Positions 8,956 through 18,213 of a stretch of 64,000 bases of DNA are shown in pieces. Both the position numbers and the translations under genes were made by a program. Origin of the DNA: a virus (Duplodnaviria; Caudoviricetes); IMG/VR virus record IMGVR_UViG_2974751938_000001, positions 106 through 64,105 of that record. One strand, given 5' to 3'. Position 1 is the first letter of the stretch. Every line of letters starts with the position of its first letter. The notes beneath the pieces were generated by a model. It saw nothing but the letters and a program-made list of their open reading frames with translations, made no database searches and had not been told where the DNA came from.

Positions 8956-9175
8956 AGTCAAAGAGCGGTTTGGCGAGGAGTTCTTCGTCCGTCACTCGAT
9001 GGTCGTCGCACTCATCGAGCGTCCCCGAGGGGACCTCGAAAAGCCCACCGCAGAGCGGTTCTCGCTCTTCCTGAAGAGCCTGACCAGCATCCATCCCGGC
9101 ATCGCGATCAACATGCTTCGCGAAGCCGCAGGCCAGTTCCAGGCCAAGAAGTCCGAAATGGGAGATTCACGATGA
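8870..9175 (+). CDS. Hypothetical protein
   Basis: GAGAGGG RBS; overlaps the upstream ORF by 86 nt. Confidence 0.6.
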   Translation: MSEHETSTETETQIAEVSAEVIRNAINAEVKERFGEEFFVRHSMVVALIERPRGDLEKPTAERFSLFLKSLTSIHPGIAINMLREAAGQFQAKKSEMGDSR

Positions 9176-9564
9176 AGAAAAGCAACACCGTCCTCGCCCT
9201 GGCCGCCGTCGGAGCCGTGACCGCGGGTGTGCTCACCGGCTGTTCCTCGGACGCCGACGTGGCCGACGAGAATCTGAAGAAGGCCGCCGAGCAGTTCGAG
9301 ATCGCTCGCCGGATCACGGTGATCAACGCGATCACCGACAAGTACCTCATGGTGGTCGAGGGGAAGTGCTCGTTGGAGTTCCCCGACGGCCGCAACGAGA
9401 TCATCTGCAAGCTGGCCGACGGCAGCTTCGTCAAGCACCACGTGATGAAGGCCGACAACGTGTTCGTCATGAGCGAGCAGACCAGCGGCACGAAGGTCAG
9501 CACCGACCACTACCGGGTGATCTTCAAGCCCGAGGTCGTCGTGCCGAACGTGGACCGGCCCTGA
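9172..9564 (+). CDS. Phage lipoprotein
   Basis: Signal peptide with lipobox LTGC; DADVADENL.KAAEQFEI.RRI is typical of a common phage lipoprotein family. Confidence 0.75.
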   Translation: MKKSNTVLALAAVGAVTAGVLTGCSSDADVADENLKKAAEQFEIARRITVINAITDKYLMVVEGKCSLEFPDGRNEIICKLADGSFVKHHVMKADNVFVMSEQTSGTKVSTDHYRVIFKPEVVVPNVDRP

Positions 9565-10359
9565 TGAGCGCACCCCCCGTACACCGACGTCGTCCTGCGC
9601 TCGCTCCGCGGGACCAGCGAGCCGTTCCAGGGCTACAACGGGATCTACGGCGCCCAGCCTCGGGAGGGAGGGGCTGGGAGCAACGAGGCGAACATGATGG
9701 ACGACATCACGGTCGCGCTGCGCAACCTGGACCGGCCGGTCGGCCACTACCCGGTGCCGTACTACGCCTCGATCGCTCCGGCGGGTGGGACCAAGATGTT
9801 CCACGAGAGCTATCACGACGGGTGGCGGCGCGCGACGCTGGCCGACGCCTCGGGGCAGCCGACGATCTGGGTCGGGTACAGCCTCGGCGCGCTGATCCTT
9901 GGAGATCTCATGGCCGCCGGTGAGTTGGCGAACTGCATCGGCATGATCCTGTTCGCCGACCCGCTCCGGCCCGCCGGGGTGTGCTCGAACAAGGGTCCGT
10001 CTCCGCGCGAGTACGGCTGCGCGGGGAACCGAGCGATCAAGACCTCGGTGCCGGTGTACCAGTTCTCCGCGCCGGACGATCCGATCTCGTCCCTGTCCCG
10101 CGGGAACGGGTTCCGTCTGCTCGCGCAGGCCGTGACGGGGATGCCCCAGCCGCTCGATCCGGGGTACTTCGACATCAACGCGCTCATCGGTGCCGTGCGT
10201 CGGTACCTCGGGACCCCGCCGATCGCGGGTATCCCGGCCAAGGTCAGCCGTCACGTGGTCTACCGGACGGAGAAGGCGCCCGGCGACAGCCGGACGTACA
10301 CCAAGATCGGGGCTGACCTCGCGGTTGACCTGGTCAACAACTACAGGAGGAACCGCTGA
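9564..10359 (+). CDS. lysB: Lysin B-like cutinase/alpha-beta hydrolase; 5' end out of frame at a C6 run
   Basis: RGTSEP, GYSLG nucleophile, DDPI Asp and SRH His motifs. First in-frame ATG is 9694; the ATG at 9564 lies one base out of frame. Confidence 0.7.
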
Positions 10360-10868
10360 TGGGGTATCCGGATTACGAGAAGTACGGCCGGGAGAACGGG
10401 GGATACCCCGCTGCTCCGGCCAAGGCAGGCCCGTTCGACGTCCATCTCAACGACGAGCGTTCCACCGCGGATCTGATGGACAAGAACGGGGTGCTGACGT
10501 TCGAGGGAGAGAGCGTCATCGCGAAGGGGCTGCGCACCCTCGTCGTCGCCGCACACCGGCAGGCTGAGGCCTCCGGCTGGAACGAGAACCGCAACTCGGT
10601 CCTCGAAGAACTCATGCTCATCGTGACCGAAGCGGCCGAGGCCGCCGAGGAAGTCCGCGACGGGTGCCCTGGGATTCACGGCGTCTACTACGACACTGAG
10701 ACCCAGAAGCCGGAGGGGATCGGGAGCGAACTCGGGGACGTGCTGATCCGCGTGGCCCACCTGGCGACCAACCCCCAGTTCGGTCAGATCGACATCGTCG
10801 AGGGCACGCTGGCGAAGCTGCTGTTCAATCCCACGCGCGCACGGCGACACGGCGGCCGACTCGCGTGA
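10359..10868 (+). CDS. mazG: MazG-like nucleotide pyrophosphohydrolase
   Basis: EELMLIVTEAAEAAEE and ELGDVLIR motifs. Confidence 0.85.
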   Translation: MGYPDYEKYGRENGGYPAAPAKAGPFDVHLNDERSTADLMDKNGVLTFEGESVIAKGLRTLVVAAHRQAEASGWNENRNSVLEELMLIVTEAAEAAEEVRDGCPGIHGVYYDTETQKPEGIGSELGDVLIRVAHLATNPQFGQIDIVEGTLAKLLFNPTRARRHGGRLA

Positions 10869-10929
10869 TACGCTGACGCTGTTCGCCCCAGAGTTACGCC
10901 ACTCGCAGGTCCGGACAGCCACAGCACTA

Positions 10930-10965
10930 GGAACCCCCGGCCGGGGAAGGTCGGGGGTTTCTGGT
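10930..10965 (+). terminator. Intrinsic terminator ending the accessory operon
   Basis: GAACCCCCGGCC-GGGGAA-GGTCGGGGGTTTC followed by a T-rich tail. Confidence 0.75.
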
Positions 10966-10986
10966 GTTCGGGGGTAGGATCACCGC

Positions 10987-11262
10987 ATGGCATCTTCGAG
11001 TGGCAGTTACGCGAAGGGGAAGGCCAGCGACGGCGCACAGTTGAAGGCCTATTGGCTGACCGGCGAGGGTGCGGCGAAGATTCGCTGGAACACCCCCGGA
11101 GACTTTACGCGGTGCGTCCGACAGATCCGCAAGTACGCGGCCAAGGAGGGCTTCTCGGCCGAGGGGTACTGCTCCCGACTCCACAAGGCCGCCACCGGTG
11201 TCTACCCCGGTGACGCGAAGAACGTCGGCGGCAACGGCCGCTCGAAGAAGAGGGGCCGGTAG
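10987..11262 (+). CDS. Conserved hypothetical virion-morphogenesis-region protein
   Basis: AKIRWNTPGDFTRCV..GYCSRLHKAATG; TAGGAT-6nt-ATG leaderless arrangement. Confidence 0.65.
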   Translation: MASSSGSYAKGKASDGAQLKAYWLTGEGAAKIRWNTPGDFTRCVRQIRKYAAKEGFSAEGYCSRLHKAATGVYPGDAKNVGGNGRSKKRGR

Positions 11263-11444
11263 TGGCACAGAACATCGGGTCGGTCATCCCGACTCGCACG
11301 GCCGCCGAGTGGGCCGCGCTCAATCCGCTGATCATCAAGGGCCAGTTGGTCCACGAGTCCGACACGTTGGCCTTCAAGGTCGGTGATGGTGTCAACCGGT
11401 ACAATGACCTTCGTTACTCGGGTCTCGTCCCGAATACCGGATAG
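11262..11444 (+). CDS. Mtd_N/hyaluronidase N-terminal-like domain protein (stand-alone)
   Basis: TAAEWAALNPLIIKGQLVHESDTLAFKVGDG..YNDLRY motif. Confidence 0.65.
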   Translation: MAQNIGSVIPTRTAAEWAALNPLIIKGQLVHESDTLAFKVGDGVNRYNDLRYSGLVPNTG

Positions 11445-11456
11445 GGAGAGATCGCG

Positions 11457-11633
11457 ATGGTCAGGGCTCGGAAGCGCAAGCTGAAGTATTCCAAGAAGGG
11501 CAAGGGTATGAACGGGGCCAAGTGGGGCCACGGGTTCGTGCCGAAGAACGCCGCTGCTCGGAAGCTGAAGAAGAAGCTCGACCGAAATGGCAAGCGGCGC
11601 AAGCGGACTGCCAAGGGGTACCCGAAGAAATGA
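11457..11633 (+). CDS. Highly basic 58 aa peptide (not in ORF track)
   Basis: GGGAGAG RBS; 25 of 58 residues are K/R; ATGA-coupled to the next gene. Confidence 0.7.
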   Translation: MVRARKRKLKYSKKGKGMNGAKWGHGFVPKNAAARKLKKKLDRNGKRRKRTAKGYPKK

Positions 11634-12103
11634 GCCAAGGCCTCCGGTCTTCGCGGGCCGACGGCCTGCTCACGTGGCTGACCATCCACCATCGGGGCCA
11701 GCAGTTCGACGACTTCCGGCTACCGGCGTACTGGTTCCGGGTGAACTTCTACGAGTCGACCGAGCACGTGAAGGCCTACCGTCGTCGTCGGCTGAAGGAC
11801 ACCCCGGAGAAGGACCTCGGCGCCGCGGTGATCTGGCGCAACGACACCGTTCCGTTGAACGGCTTCCTCGGCACGCTGATCATCGCCCAGGACTGGCTCT
11901 CCCCGCGGGTTCTGATCCACGAGAGCGTTCACCTGGCCGTCAGAGCGACAAAAGTCGAGGTCGGGGCCGATAGACTGGTGATCAGCAACGGCTCGAAGGG
12001 TGTCGACAACGAGGAGACTCTGGCCTACCTCACCGACGGCATCGCCTCGGCGCTGATCGAACATTTGAGCGAATACATGGAGGACAGCAGTGGCCCAAAG
12101 TGA
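11630..12103 (+). CDS. HExxH zinc metallopeptidase-like protein
   Basis: LIHESVH plus downstream NEETLAY. Confidence 0.6.
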   Translation: MSQGLRSSRADGLLTWLTIHHRGQQFDDFRLPAYWFRVNFYESTEHVKAYRRRRLKDTPEKDLGAAVIWRNDTVPLNGFLGTLIIAQDWLSPRVLIHESVHLAVRATKVEVGADRLVISNGSKGVDNEETLAYLTDGIASALIEHLSEYMEDSSGPK

Positions 12104-12380
12104 TGAAGTCGAAGTCCCGGCTGACGAGGTCGTCGAGGAGAAGCAGCCGCGCCAGATCGCGCTGTTCATGGACGCCTCGGAGCAGCGGCTCTACGTGCGC
12201 GACGTCGGCAACGGGGTCGAGATGTACCACGAGATCGCCGACTTGGAGATCATCGCGTCCTACACCAGCCTGCCGCCGGGTTCGTATTGCGTCTCCGCGG
12301 TCGAGGACCCCAGGGACTTCGCTGTGCCGGAGGACGTCGAGGAACCCCCGAAGCGGGACCCGCTGGCTGGTCTGTCATGA
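12090..12380 (+). CDS. Hypothetical protein
   Basis: GGAGG RBS; acidic 96 aa. Confidence 0.6.
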   Translation: MAQSDEVEVPADEVVEEKQPRQIALFMDASEQRLYVRDVGNGVEMYHEIADLEIIASYTSLPPGSYCVSAVEDPRDFAVPEDVEEPPKRDPLAGLS

Positions 12381-12802
12381 CCGGCCGGGCACCGAAGATC
12401 TGCTCGTGGCGCGAGGGAGCCCGCGGGTGCTCTCGTCCGGCGGTCGAGGCGCCCAACGGTGACGACTTTCGATGTAAGGAACACTGGCGCAAGTCGACCC
12501 TGAAGGGTGCCGCCAACCGCCAGATCCGGCCGCTGACCGAGGTCGAGAAGAACTTCATCCGCGAGCGCGACTTTCACGTCTGCCGCGAGTGCGGAGAACC
12601 AGCGCACGAGGTCGACCACATCATCGAGGCTGCCGACGGCGGGACGAACGACCCGAGCAACCTGCAACTGCTTTGCGACGTCCACCACAACCGGAAGACG
12701 CGGCTCTCGCAGGAGGCCTGGAACTCCGGCATCCGACGCAATACCTCGGCCCGAGCGCAGGCCAAACGGAAGGCCCGAGCCGCGGGTCTGTACGTCCAGT
12801 GA
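12377..12802 (+). CDS. HNH endonuclease (probable packaging cofactor)
   Basis: CRECG..EVDHII..GGT...NLQLLC..HHNRKT; immediately upstream of the large terminase. Confidence 0.9.
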   Translation: MTGRAPKICSWREGARGCSRPAVEAPNGDDFRCKEHWRKSTLKGAANRQIRPLTEVEKNFIRERDFHVCRECGEPAHEVDHIIEAADGGTNDPSNLQLLCDVHHNRKTRLSQEAWNSGIRRNTSARAQAKRKARAAGLYVQ

Positions 12803-12826
12803 TCAGCGACCGGGGAGGGTCCAGAC

Positions 12827-14506
12827 ATGACGATGATCGAGTACCCAGCCGTTGACAACGACGACTTCGAGTACCCCACGCTCGGACCCCAGGTCCGCGC
12901 GTTCATCGAGGAGCGGTTCACCTTCGGGCCGGGCTCGTTGCAGGGCCAGAAGGCCAAGCTGAGCGACGACCAGTGCCGTGTCCTCTACCGGTGCTACGAG
13001 TATTATCCGAAGGACTTCCGGCTCTACGGCATCGACATGACCGGCCGCCGCCGGTTCCAGCGTGGCTCGTGGTCGGTGCGCAAGGGCTCGGCCAAGACCG
13101 AGTTCATGGCCTGGGTCACCGGCGCCGAATTGCACCCCGAGAGCCCCGTCCGGTGGACCGGCTATGACCCGACGGCCGACGGAGGGCTGAAGACCGGCCG
13201 AGCCGTCAACAACCCCTACATTCCGCTGCTGGCCTACACCAAGGACCAGACCGAGGAACTGGCCTTCGGCGCGCTCCGCTCGATCTTGGAGTCCTGCGAC
13301 GACGCCGACCTCTTCGACATCGGCAAGCAGCGCATCCTCCGGCTCAACGAGTTCGGCGCCGAGGACGGGAAGTGCCACGCACTCGCTGGCAACCCGAACT
13401 CGGCCGACGGCGCGCGCACAACCTTTCAGGGCCTCGACGAGACGCACCGTCTCTACACGCCGACCCACCGGGACGCGATCGAGACCATGCTCAACAACCT
13501 CCCGAAGCGACCCCTCGAAGATCCCTGGCAGTTGGCGATCACCACCGCGGGTGAGCCCGGCCAGGGGTCCTACGCCGAAGACGAGTTCCGCGAGGGTGTC
13601 CAGTGCGTCGAGGGCAAGAAGTCCTCGAAGGGGTTCTACTTCCTGCACCGGCAGGCACCCGACGGCTCGAAGTTCGACACGATGCAGCAGCGCATGGCGG
13701 CCGTCTGGGAGGCCACGTCGCCGTCGGTCCGGGAGTGGACGCGCTTCGACTCGATCGCCGCGCAGTGGGACCGCGAGGGAGCCGACAAGCAGTACCTCGA
13801 ACGCGTCTGGACGAACCGCTGGACCCAGACCGCCGCGCAGGCCTTCGACCGCGAGGAGTTCGAGGCCCTCGGCGACAACCGGTTCACCATCCCCGACGGC
13901 TCGTTCGTCACGGTCGGTTTCGACGGCGCGAAGTTCCAGGACTCGACCGGCTTCGTCGTCACCGACATCAGGACCGGCCGACAGAACGTGCTCGGCTTCT
14001 GGGAGCGGCCGGACGACTCGGTGCTCGGGAAGAACGAGGACGGGACCAAGGTCAAGTGGCAGGTCCCCGAGGCAGAGGTCAACGCGACCTTCGACGAGAT
14101 CATGCGCCGGTTCAAGGTCTGGCGCGTCTACGCCGACCCGCCGCACTGGGTCGAGACCGTCGCGAACTGGCACGCGAAGTACCCTGACCAGGTCTTCGAG
14201 TTCTGGACCAAGGACCCGACCCGCATGTACTACGCGGTGAAGGGCTATCGCGGAGCGATCGCCAACGGCTCGGTCTCGCACAACGGAGACCCGGATCTGG
14301 TGAAGCACATCGGCAACGCTGGCAAGCGGACCACCCGCGGGACCGACGAAGACGACGAGCCCCGTTTCGTGCTGACGAAGATCGCATACGAACGCAAGTT
14401 CGACCTCGCGGTGTGCGCGATTCTATCGTGGGAGGCGAGGATGGACGCGATCAACGAGGGTGCTCAGCCGCCCGTCGACTCGATGGAGATCATTCGTGTG
14501 CGCTGA
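12827..14506 (+). CDS. Terminase large subunit
   Basis: Walker A RKGSAKT, Walker B LDETH, nuclease GFDG..DST. Confidence 0.92.
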   Translation: MTMIEYPAVDNDDFEYPTLGPQVRAFIEERFTFGPGSLQGQKAKLSDDQCRVLYRCYEYYPKDFRLYGIDMTGRRRFQRGSWSVRKGSAKTEFMAWVTGAELHPESPVRWTGYDPTADGGLKTGRAVNNPYIPLLAYTKDQTEELAFGALRSILESCDDADLFDIGKQRILRLNEFGAEDGKCHALAGNPNSADGARTTFQGLDETHRLYTPTHRDAIETMLNNLPKRPLEDPWQLAITTAGEPGQGSYAEDEFREGVQCVEGKKSSKGFYFLHRQAPDGSKFDTMQQRMAAVWEATSPSVREWTRFDSIAAQWDREGADKQYLERVWTNRWTQTAAQAFDREEFEALGDNRFTIPDGSFVTVGFDGAKFQDSTGFVVTDIRTGRQNVLGFWERPDDSVLGKNEDGTKVKWQVPEAEVNATFDEIMRRFKVWRVYADPPHWVETVANWHAKYPDQVFEFWTKDPTRMYYAVKGYRGAIANGSVSHNGDPDLVKHIGNAGKRTTRGTDEDDEPRFVLTKIAYERKFDLAVCAILSWEARMDAINEGAQPPVDSMEIIRVR

Positions 14507-14549
14507 TGAGCCTGTTACAGTTGACGACAATCGACGAGGGAGATAGCCG

Positions 14550-16127
14550 GTGAAGGTGGTGAAGTACGGCGCCGCGGTCAAGGCCGTGCGGCCGGAGGGG
14601 AACGACGTCCCCGATCCCGACTGGTTCCTCGTCCACATGCTGAAGGACATTCTCGCAGGCAAGAGCCGGTACAACCGACTGAAGCAGTACGTCGAGGGTG
14701 ATCCGCCCAAGCCCGAGACGCCGGAGAACACCGCGGACTCGTGGAAGGAGTTCGAGGCCTTCCGGCGGAAGTCGCGCACGAACTACGCCGGACAGATCAT
14801 CGGCGCTTGCGTCGACCGTACCACCGTCCAGGGGTTCCGCACCGCGGCCGAGTACGACACCGACGGCGACAAGATCGCGCGCAAGCTCTGGGACGACAAC
14901 GACATGGACGTCAAGGGCGACAAGGCGATCTCCGACAGCTACACCTACGGCACCGGCTTCCTGCTCGCCGACCCGATCTCGAAGAAGGCCAAGAACTTTC
15001 GGCCCTGGCAGGCATTCATCATCGACGACGCCGTCGAGGACCCCCGCGCCGGGCTCTGCATCGAGCACAACCCCACCGAGGGACGCGACTACGCCTACTT
15101 GTTCCTGCGCGACGTGGACGAATACGGCGTCGCCGAGGGCAAGGTCACCGTCCACATCGCTGTGCGCGACCGGGACAATCGCAACGCCGTCCGCGGTGGG
15201 ATCTTCCAGCGCGAGGTCCCGACGAACACCTACCTCACCCAGAAGTGGACCTGGTGGAAGTCGGTCCCGACCGAACTCGACCTGATTCCCCTGGTCAACT
15301 TCGACAACCGGGACAAGCTCGGCGAGTTCGAGAACGACACCGACGTCCTCGACCGGATCAACCACATGCTGCTTCAGCGCGTGGTCATTGCGACGATGCA
15401 GGCCTTCAAGCAGCGCGGCATCAAGGGCACGTTCCAGAAGTACGACAAAGACGGCAAGCTCATCGACTACGACAAGATGTTCCCTGCCGATCCGAACGCG
15501 CTCTGGCTGCTCCCGCCGGACGCCGAGATCTGGGAGTCCGGGCAGACGTCGATCCAGGACATTCTCTCCGCGGTGAAGGACGATGTGCGCGACCTCGCGT
15601 CGGTCACCCGCACGCCGATGAACTACTTCACGTCCGACTCCGCGAACCAGAGCGCCAGCGGCGCCGAGCTTCAGAACGACAGTTACCTGCTGAAGATCCG
15701 CGACCGCAAGGCCCGGATGCGCTCTCGCTGGGTCCGTTTCATGTCGCTGATGTTCCAGATCAACGGGGACGCTCAGCGCGCCGACATGAGCAAGCTCGCC
15801 GTGATCTGGATGCCGAGCGACAACGTCTCGATCACCGACCGCTACAGCGCGGCGACCCAGGCCAAGAGCCTCGGCCTGTCGCTCCGGACGGTCATGCGCG
15901 AGGTCCTCAACTACGCTCCCGAGGACATCGAGGTCGCCGAGTTGGAGATGATCTCCGAGACGCTGAAGAACGCGATCCGCAAGGACTCCGCGGGAGAGAC
16001 CACCGGAGCGAACCCTGCCCAGCAGACGCCGCTTCAGCAGCGCGCGGCCAGCGCCACCGCGCTCGCGACCAGCAACGGCGCTACGAGTCGGTCGACCGGT
16101 GCCACCGCGGGTAGGAGCGGTCAGTGA
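14550..16127 (+). CDS. Portal protein
   Basis: 525 aa after the terminase; NY...IV, WDDNDMD and DRINH motifs of SPP1-type actinophage portals. Confidence 0.9.
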   Translation: MKVVKYGAAVKAVRPEGNDVPDPDWFLVHMLKDILAGKSRYNRLKQYVEGDPPKPETPENTADSWKEFEAFRRKSRTNYAGQIIGACVDRTTVQGFRTAAEYDTDGDKIARKLWDDNDMDVKGDKAISDSYTYGTGFLLADPISKKAKNFRPWQAFIIDDAVEDPRAGLCIEHNPTEGRDYAYLFLRDVDEYGVAEGKVTVHIAVRDRDNRNAVRGGIFQREVPTNTYLTQKWTWWKSVPTELDLIPLVNFDNRDKLGEFENDTDVLDRINHMLLQRVVIATMQAFKQRGIKGTFQKYDKDGKLIDYDKMFPADPNALWLLPPDAEIWESGQTSIQDILSAVKDDVRDLASVTRTPMNYFTSDSANQSASGAELQNDSYLLKIRDRKARMRSRWVRFMSLMFQINGDAQRADMSKLAVIWMPSDNVSITDRYSAATQAKSLGLSLRTVMREVLNYAPEDIEVAELEMISETLKNAIRKDSAGETTGANPAQQTPLQQRAASATALATSNGATSRSTGATAGRSGQ

Positions 16128-17473
16128 CGACCCCCGGCGCGCTCCCGGCGCGTCCGGCGATCCTTGACGTCCCGCCGGTCGACCCCGACCAGATGACGCC
16201 GGAGGAGCAGGAGCAGTGGACGGCCGCGCAGGTCGCCGCGATCACCCTCGCGGCAGCGGCAACGCGGTCCAACATCACGAATAACATTGTGCTGCAACTG
16301 GTTCCGCTGCTTCGCCTGATCAACCCCTACAACGAGGTCGCGGTGACGCGCTTCGCGGCGCAGGCCGCCGAACTCGTGGCGGCCGGGATCGACGAGGTCG
16401 GTCGGCTGGCATGGTCGGCCGTCGCCTCGCGACTCGAAGTCCAGGGTTACCCGCTCCGCGGGAGCTACCTGCCGCCGACCGACGGCCGGACCACCGACCT
16501 CGCGGTGGCCTACAAGCGGGTCGCCTCTGACTTCCGGCGCCGCGTGGCGGCCGGTCCGGACTCGATCAAGGCCACGGTCGCGCAGGCCGAAGAAGAGCGG
16601 TTCCAGGCAATCGGTGGCGCTGTGGTCGCCGAAGGACGACGGGGAGAGTCGAATGCCGAAGTCAAAGACACGAAAAGGGCACCGGGAGAGAGTGCAGGCC
16701 CGAAGGGATCGAGCGGCAAGGACTCGTCGGGAGGCCAAGCAGCGGGAGGCGGCTCGTCGGAACGGGCTGGATCAACCGCAGGAACTCGGGCACGCCCGGC
16801 CGCTGATCGACCCGTCAATGACGGGACCGACGATTGGTCTGCCGACGACGCCCTTGACGCTGCCGAGCAAGCCGCCCGAGACGCCGAGGATCGCGCGGAC
16901 GACGACGCTGCTCGCGCAGAGGCAGAGCTTCGCCGTCAAGCCGCACTGAGCGACGAGGAGAAGGCGATTCTCCTCGACCAGGTTGCCCAGCAGGAGATGG
17001 AGATCCGTCTCGAACGCATGGTCAACGACGACATCGGCATGGCGAACCGCTCCGCGTTCCGGAACGCGATCAACGCCGCGCCGGACGGCGTGATCACCGG
17101 CTACCGGCGGGTGCTGCACCCCGAGCTTGCCCAGTCCGGCCAGTCGTGCGGGCTGTGCGTCGCCGCGTCGACCCGGATCTACAAGAAGAAGGACCTGATG
17201 CCGTTGCACAACCTGTGCAACTGCGAGCCCCAGGAGATCGTCAAGGGACGCGACATCGGGAACCAGATCAACGACGAGGATCTGGGTATCCTCTACGGAG
17301 CCGCTGGTGATTCCACCGAGCGGCAGGACTTGTCGAACACCAAGTGGACGGTGTTCGATCATCCGGAGCTTGGGCCGGTTCTCCGGTCGGTGCCTCGGAG
17401 CAAGAAGCGGGAGCCGGTCGACATCGCGTTCGGCTCCCGAGAATCAGCAACCGACCGGGGAGGTCAGTCATGA
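16124..17473 (+). CDS. Capsid maturation protease / MuF-like head morphogenesis protein
   Basis: GYRRVLHPE..SCGLC.AASTRIY..LMPLH..CNC motif; position after the portal. Confidence 0.75.
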   Translation: MTTPGALPARPAILDVPPVDPDQMTPEEQEQWTAAQVAAITLAAAATRSNITNNIVLQLVPLLRLINPYNEVAVTRFAAQAAELVAAGIDEVGRLAWSAVASRLEVQGYPLRGSYLPPTDGRTTDLAVAYKRVASDFRRRVAAGPDSIKATVAQAEEERFQAIGGAVVAEGRRGESNAEVKDTKRAPGESAGPKGSSGKDSSGGQAAGGGSSERAGSTAGTRARPAADRPVNDGTDDWSADDALDAAEQAARDAEDRADDDAARAEAELRRQAALSDEEKAILLDQVAQQEMEIRLERMVNDDIGMANRSAFRNAINAAPDGVITGYRRVLHPELAQSGQSCGLCVAASTRIYKKKDLMPLHNLCNCEPQEIVKGRDIGNQINDEDLGILYGAAGDSTERQDLSNTKWTVFDHPELGPVLRSVPRSKKREPVDIAFGSRESATDRGGQS

Positions 17474-18198
17474 GGCTCAACAACAGGGCTCGGATCATTG
17501 CCGAGGGGATCAACCTCGACGGCGTCGATATGTTCGGCGGCAAGCCGCGCCGCTCGATCCCGATGCGCGATCCCAACGGGCACCCGCACAACAACGGCGG
17601 GAAGCCCGGTGCCGGAGACGGCAAGGGTGGCGACGGCGACGGAGACAAGGACAAGAACAAGTCCGGCGACGGTTCCGGCGACGGTGATGGTGGCAAGGGT
17701 GGCGATGGGGACGGCGACAACAAGCCGGACCCGAAGCCGGTCGACGTCACCAAGACCAAGGCCTACAAGGACGAGAAGAAGCGCGCCGACGATGCCGAGG
17801 CCGAGCTTCAGAAGCTCCGCGAGGCGGGGATGAACGACGACGAGAAGGCTCGCGAGGCCGAGAAGAAGACCGCGGTGACTGCCGCGGTGTCGGCCAAGGA
17901 GACCGAACTCACCGATCACTACGAGGGTGTTGTTGCTGGTCTTCAGCAGCAGATCATCGAGTCCGTCATCGACGGAGTCTTCGAGGCGAGCCCTCTGGAC
18001 AAGAAGGACTTCAACGACGTTCTCGCGACTTTGGACACGAGCCGCTTCATCAATGATGATGGGTCTGTCGATCGAGAGAAGGTCAAGAAGACGCTCGCCC
18101 CGATCACCGGAGCGGCGACCTCGCGGCCTCCGCGCACCGGCGGTGGACGTACCACGGCTCGGGACAACGGCTTCGGCCGATACCTGAAGCAGGACTAG
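17470..18198 (+). CDS. Scaffolding protein
   Basis: GD-rich low-complexity linker and coiled-coil; upstream of the capsid genes. Confidence 0.75.
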   Translation: MRLNNRARIIAEGINLDGVDMFGGKPRRSIPMRDPNGHPHNNGGKPGAGDGKGGDGDGDKDKNKSGDGSGDGDGGKGGDGDGDNKPDPKPVDVTKTKAYKDEKKRADDAEAELQKLREAGMNDDEKAREAEKKTAVTAAVSAKETELTDHYEGVVAGLQQQIIESVIDGVFEASPLDKKDFNDVLATLDTSRFINDDGSVDREKVKKTLAPITGAATSRPPRTGGGRTTARDNGFGRYLKQD

Positions 18199-18213
18199 AC
18201 AAAGGAGAGGCCA

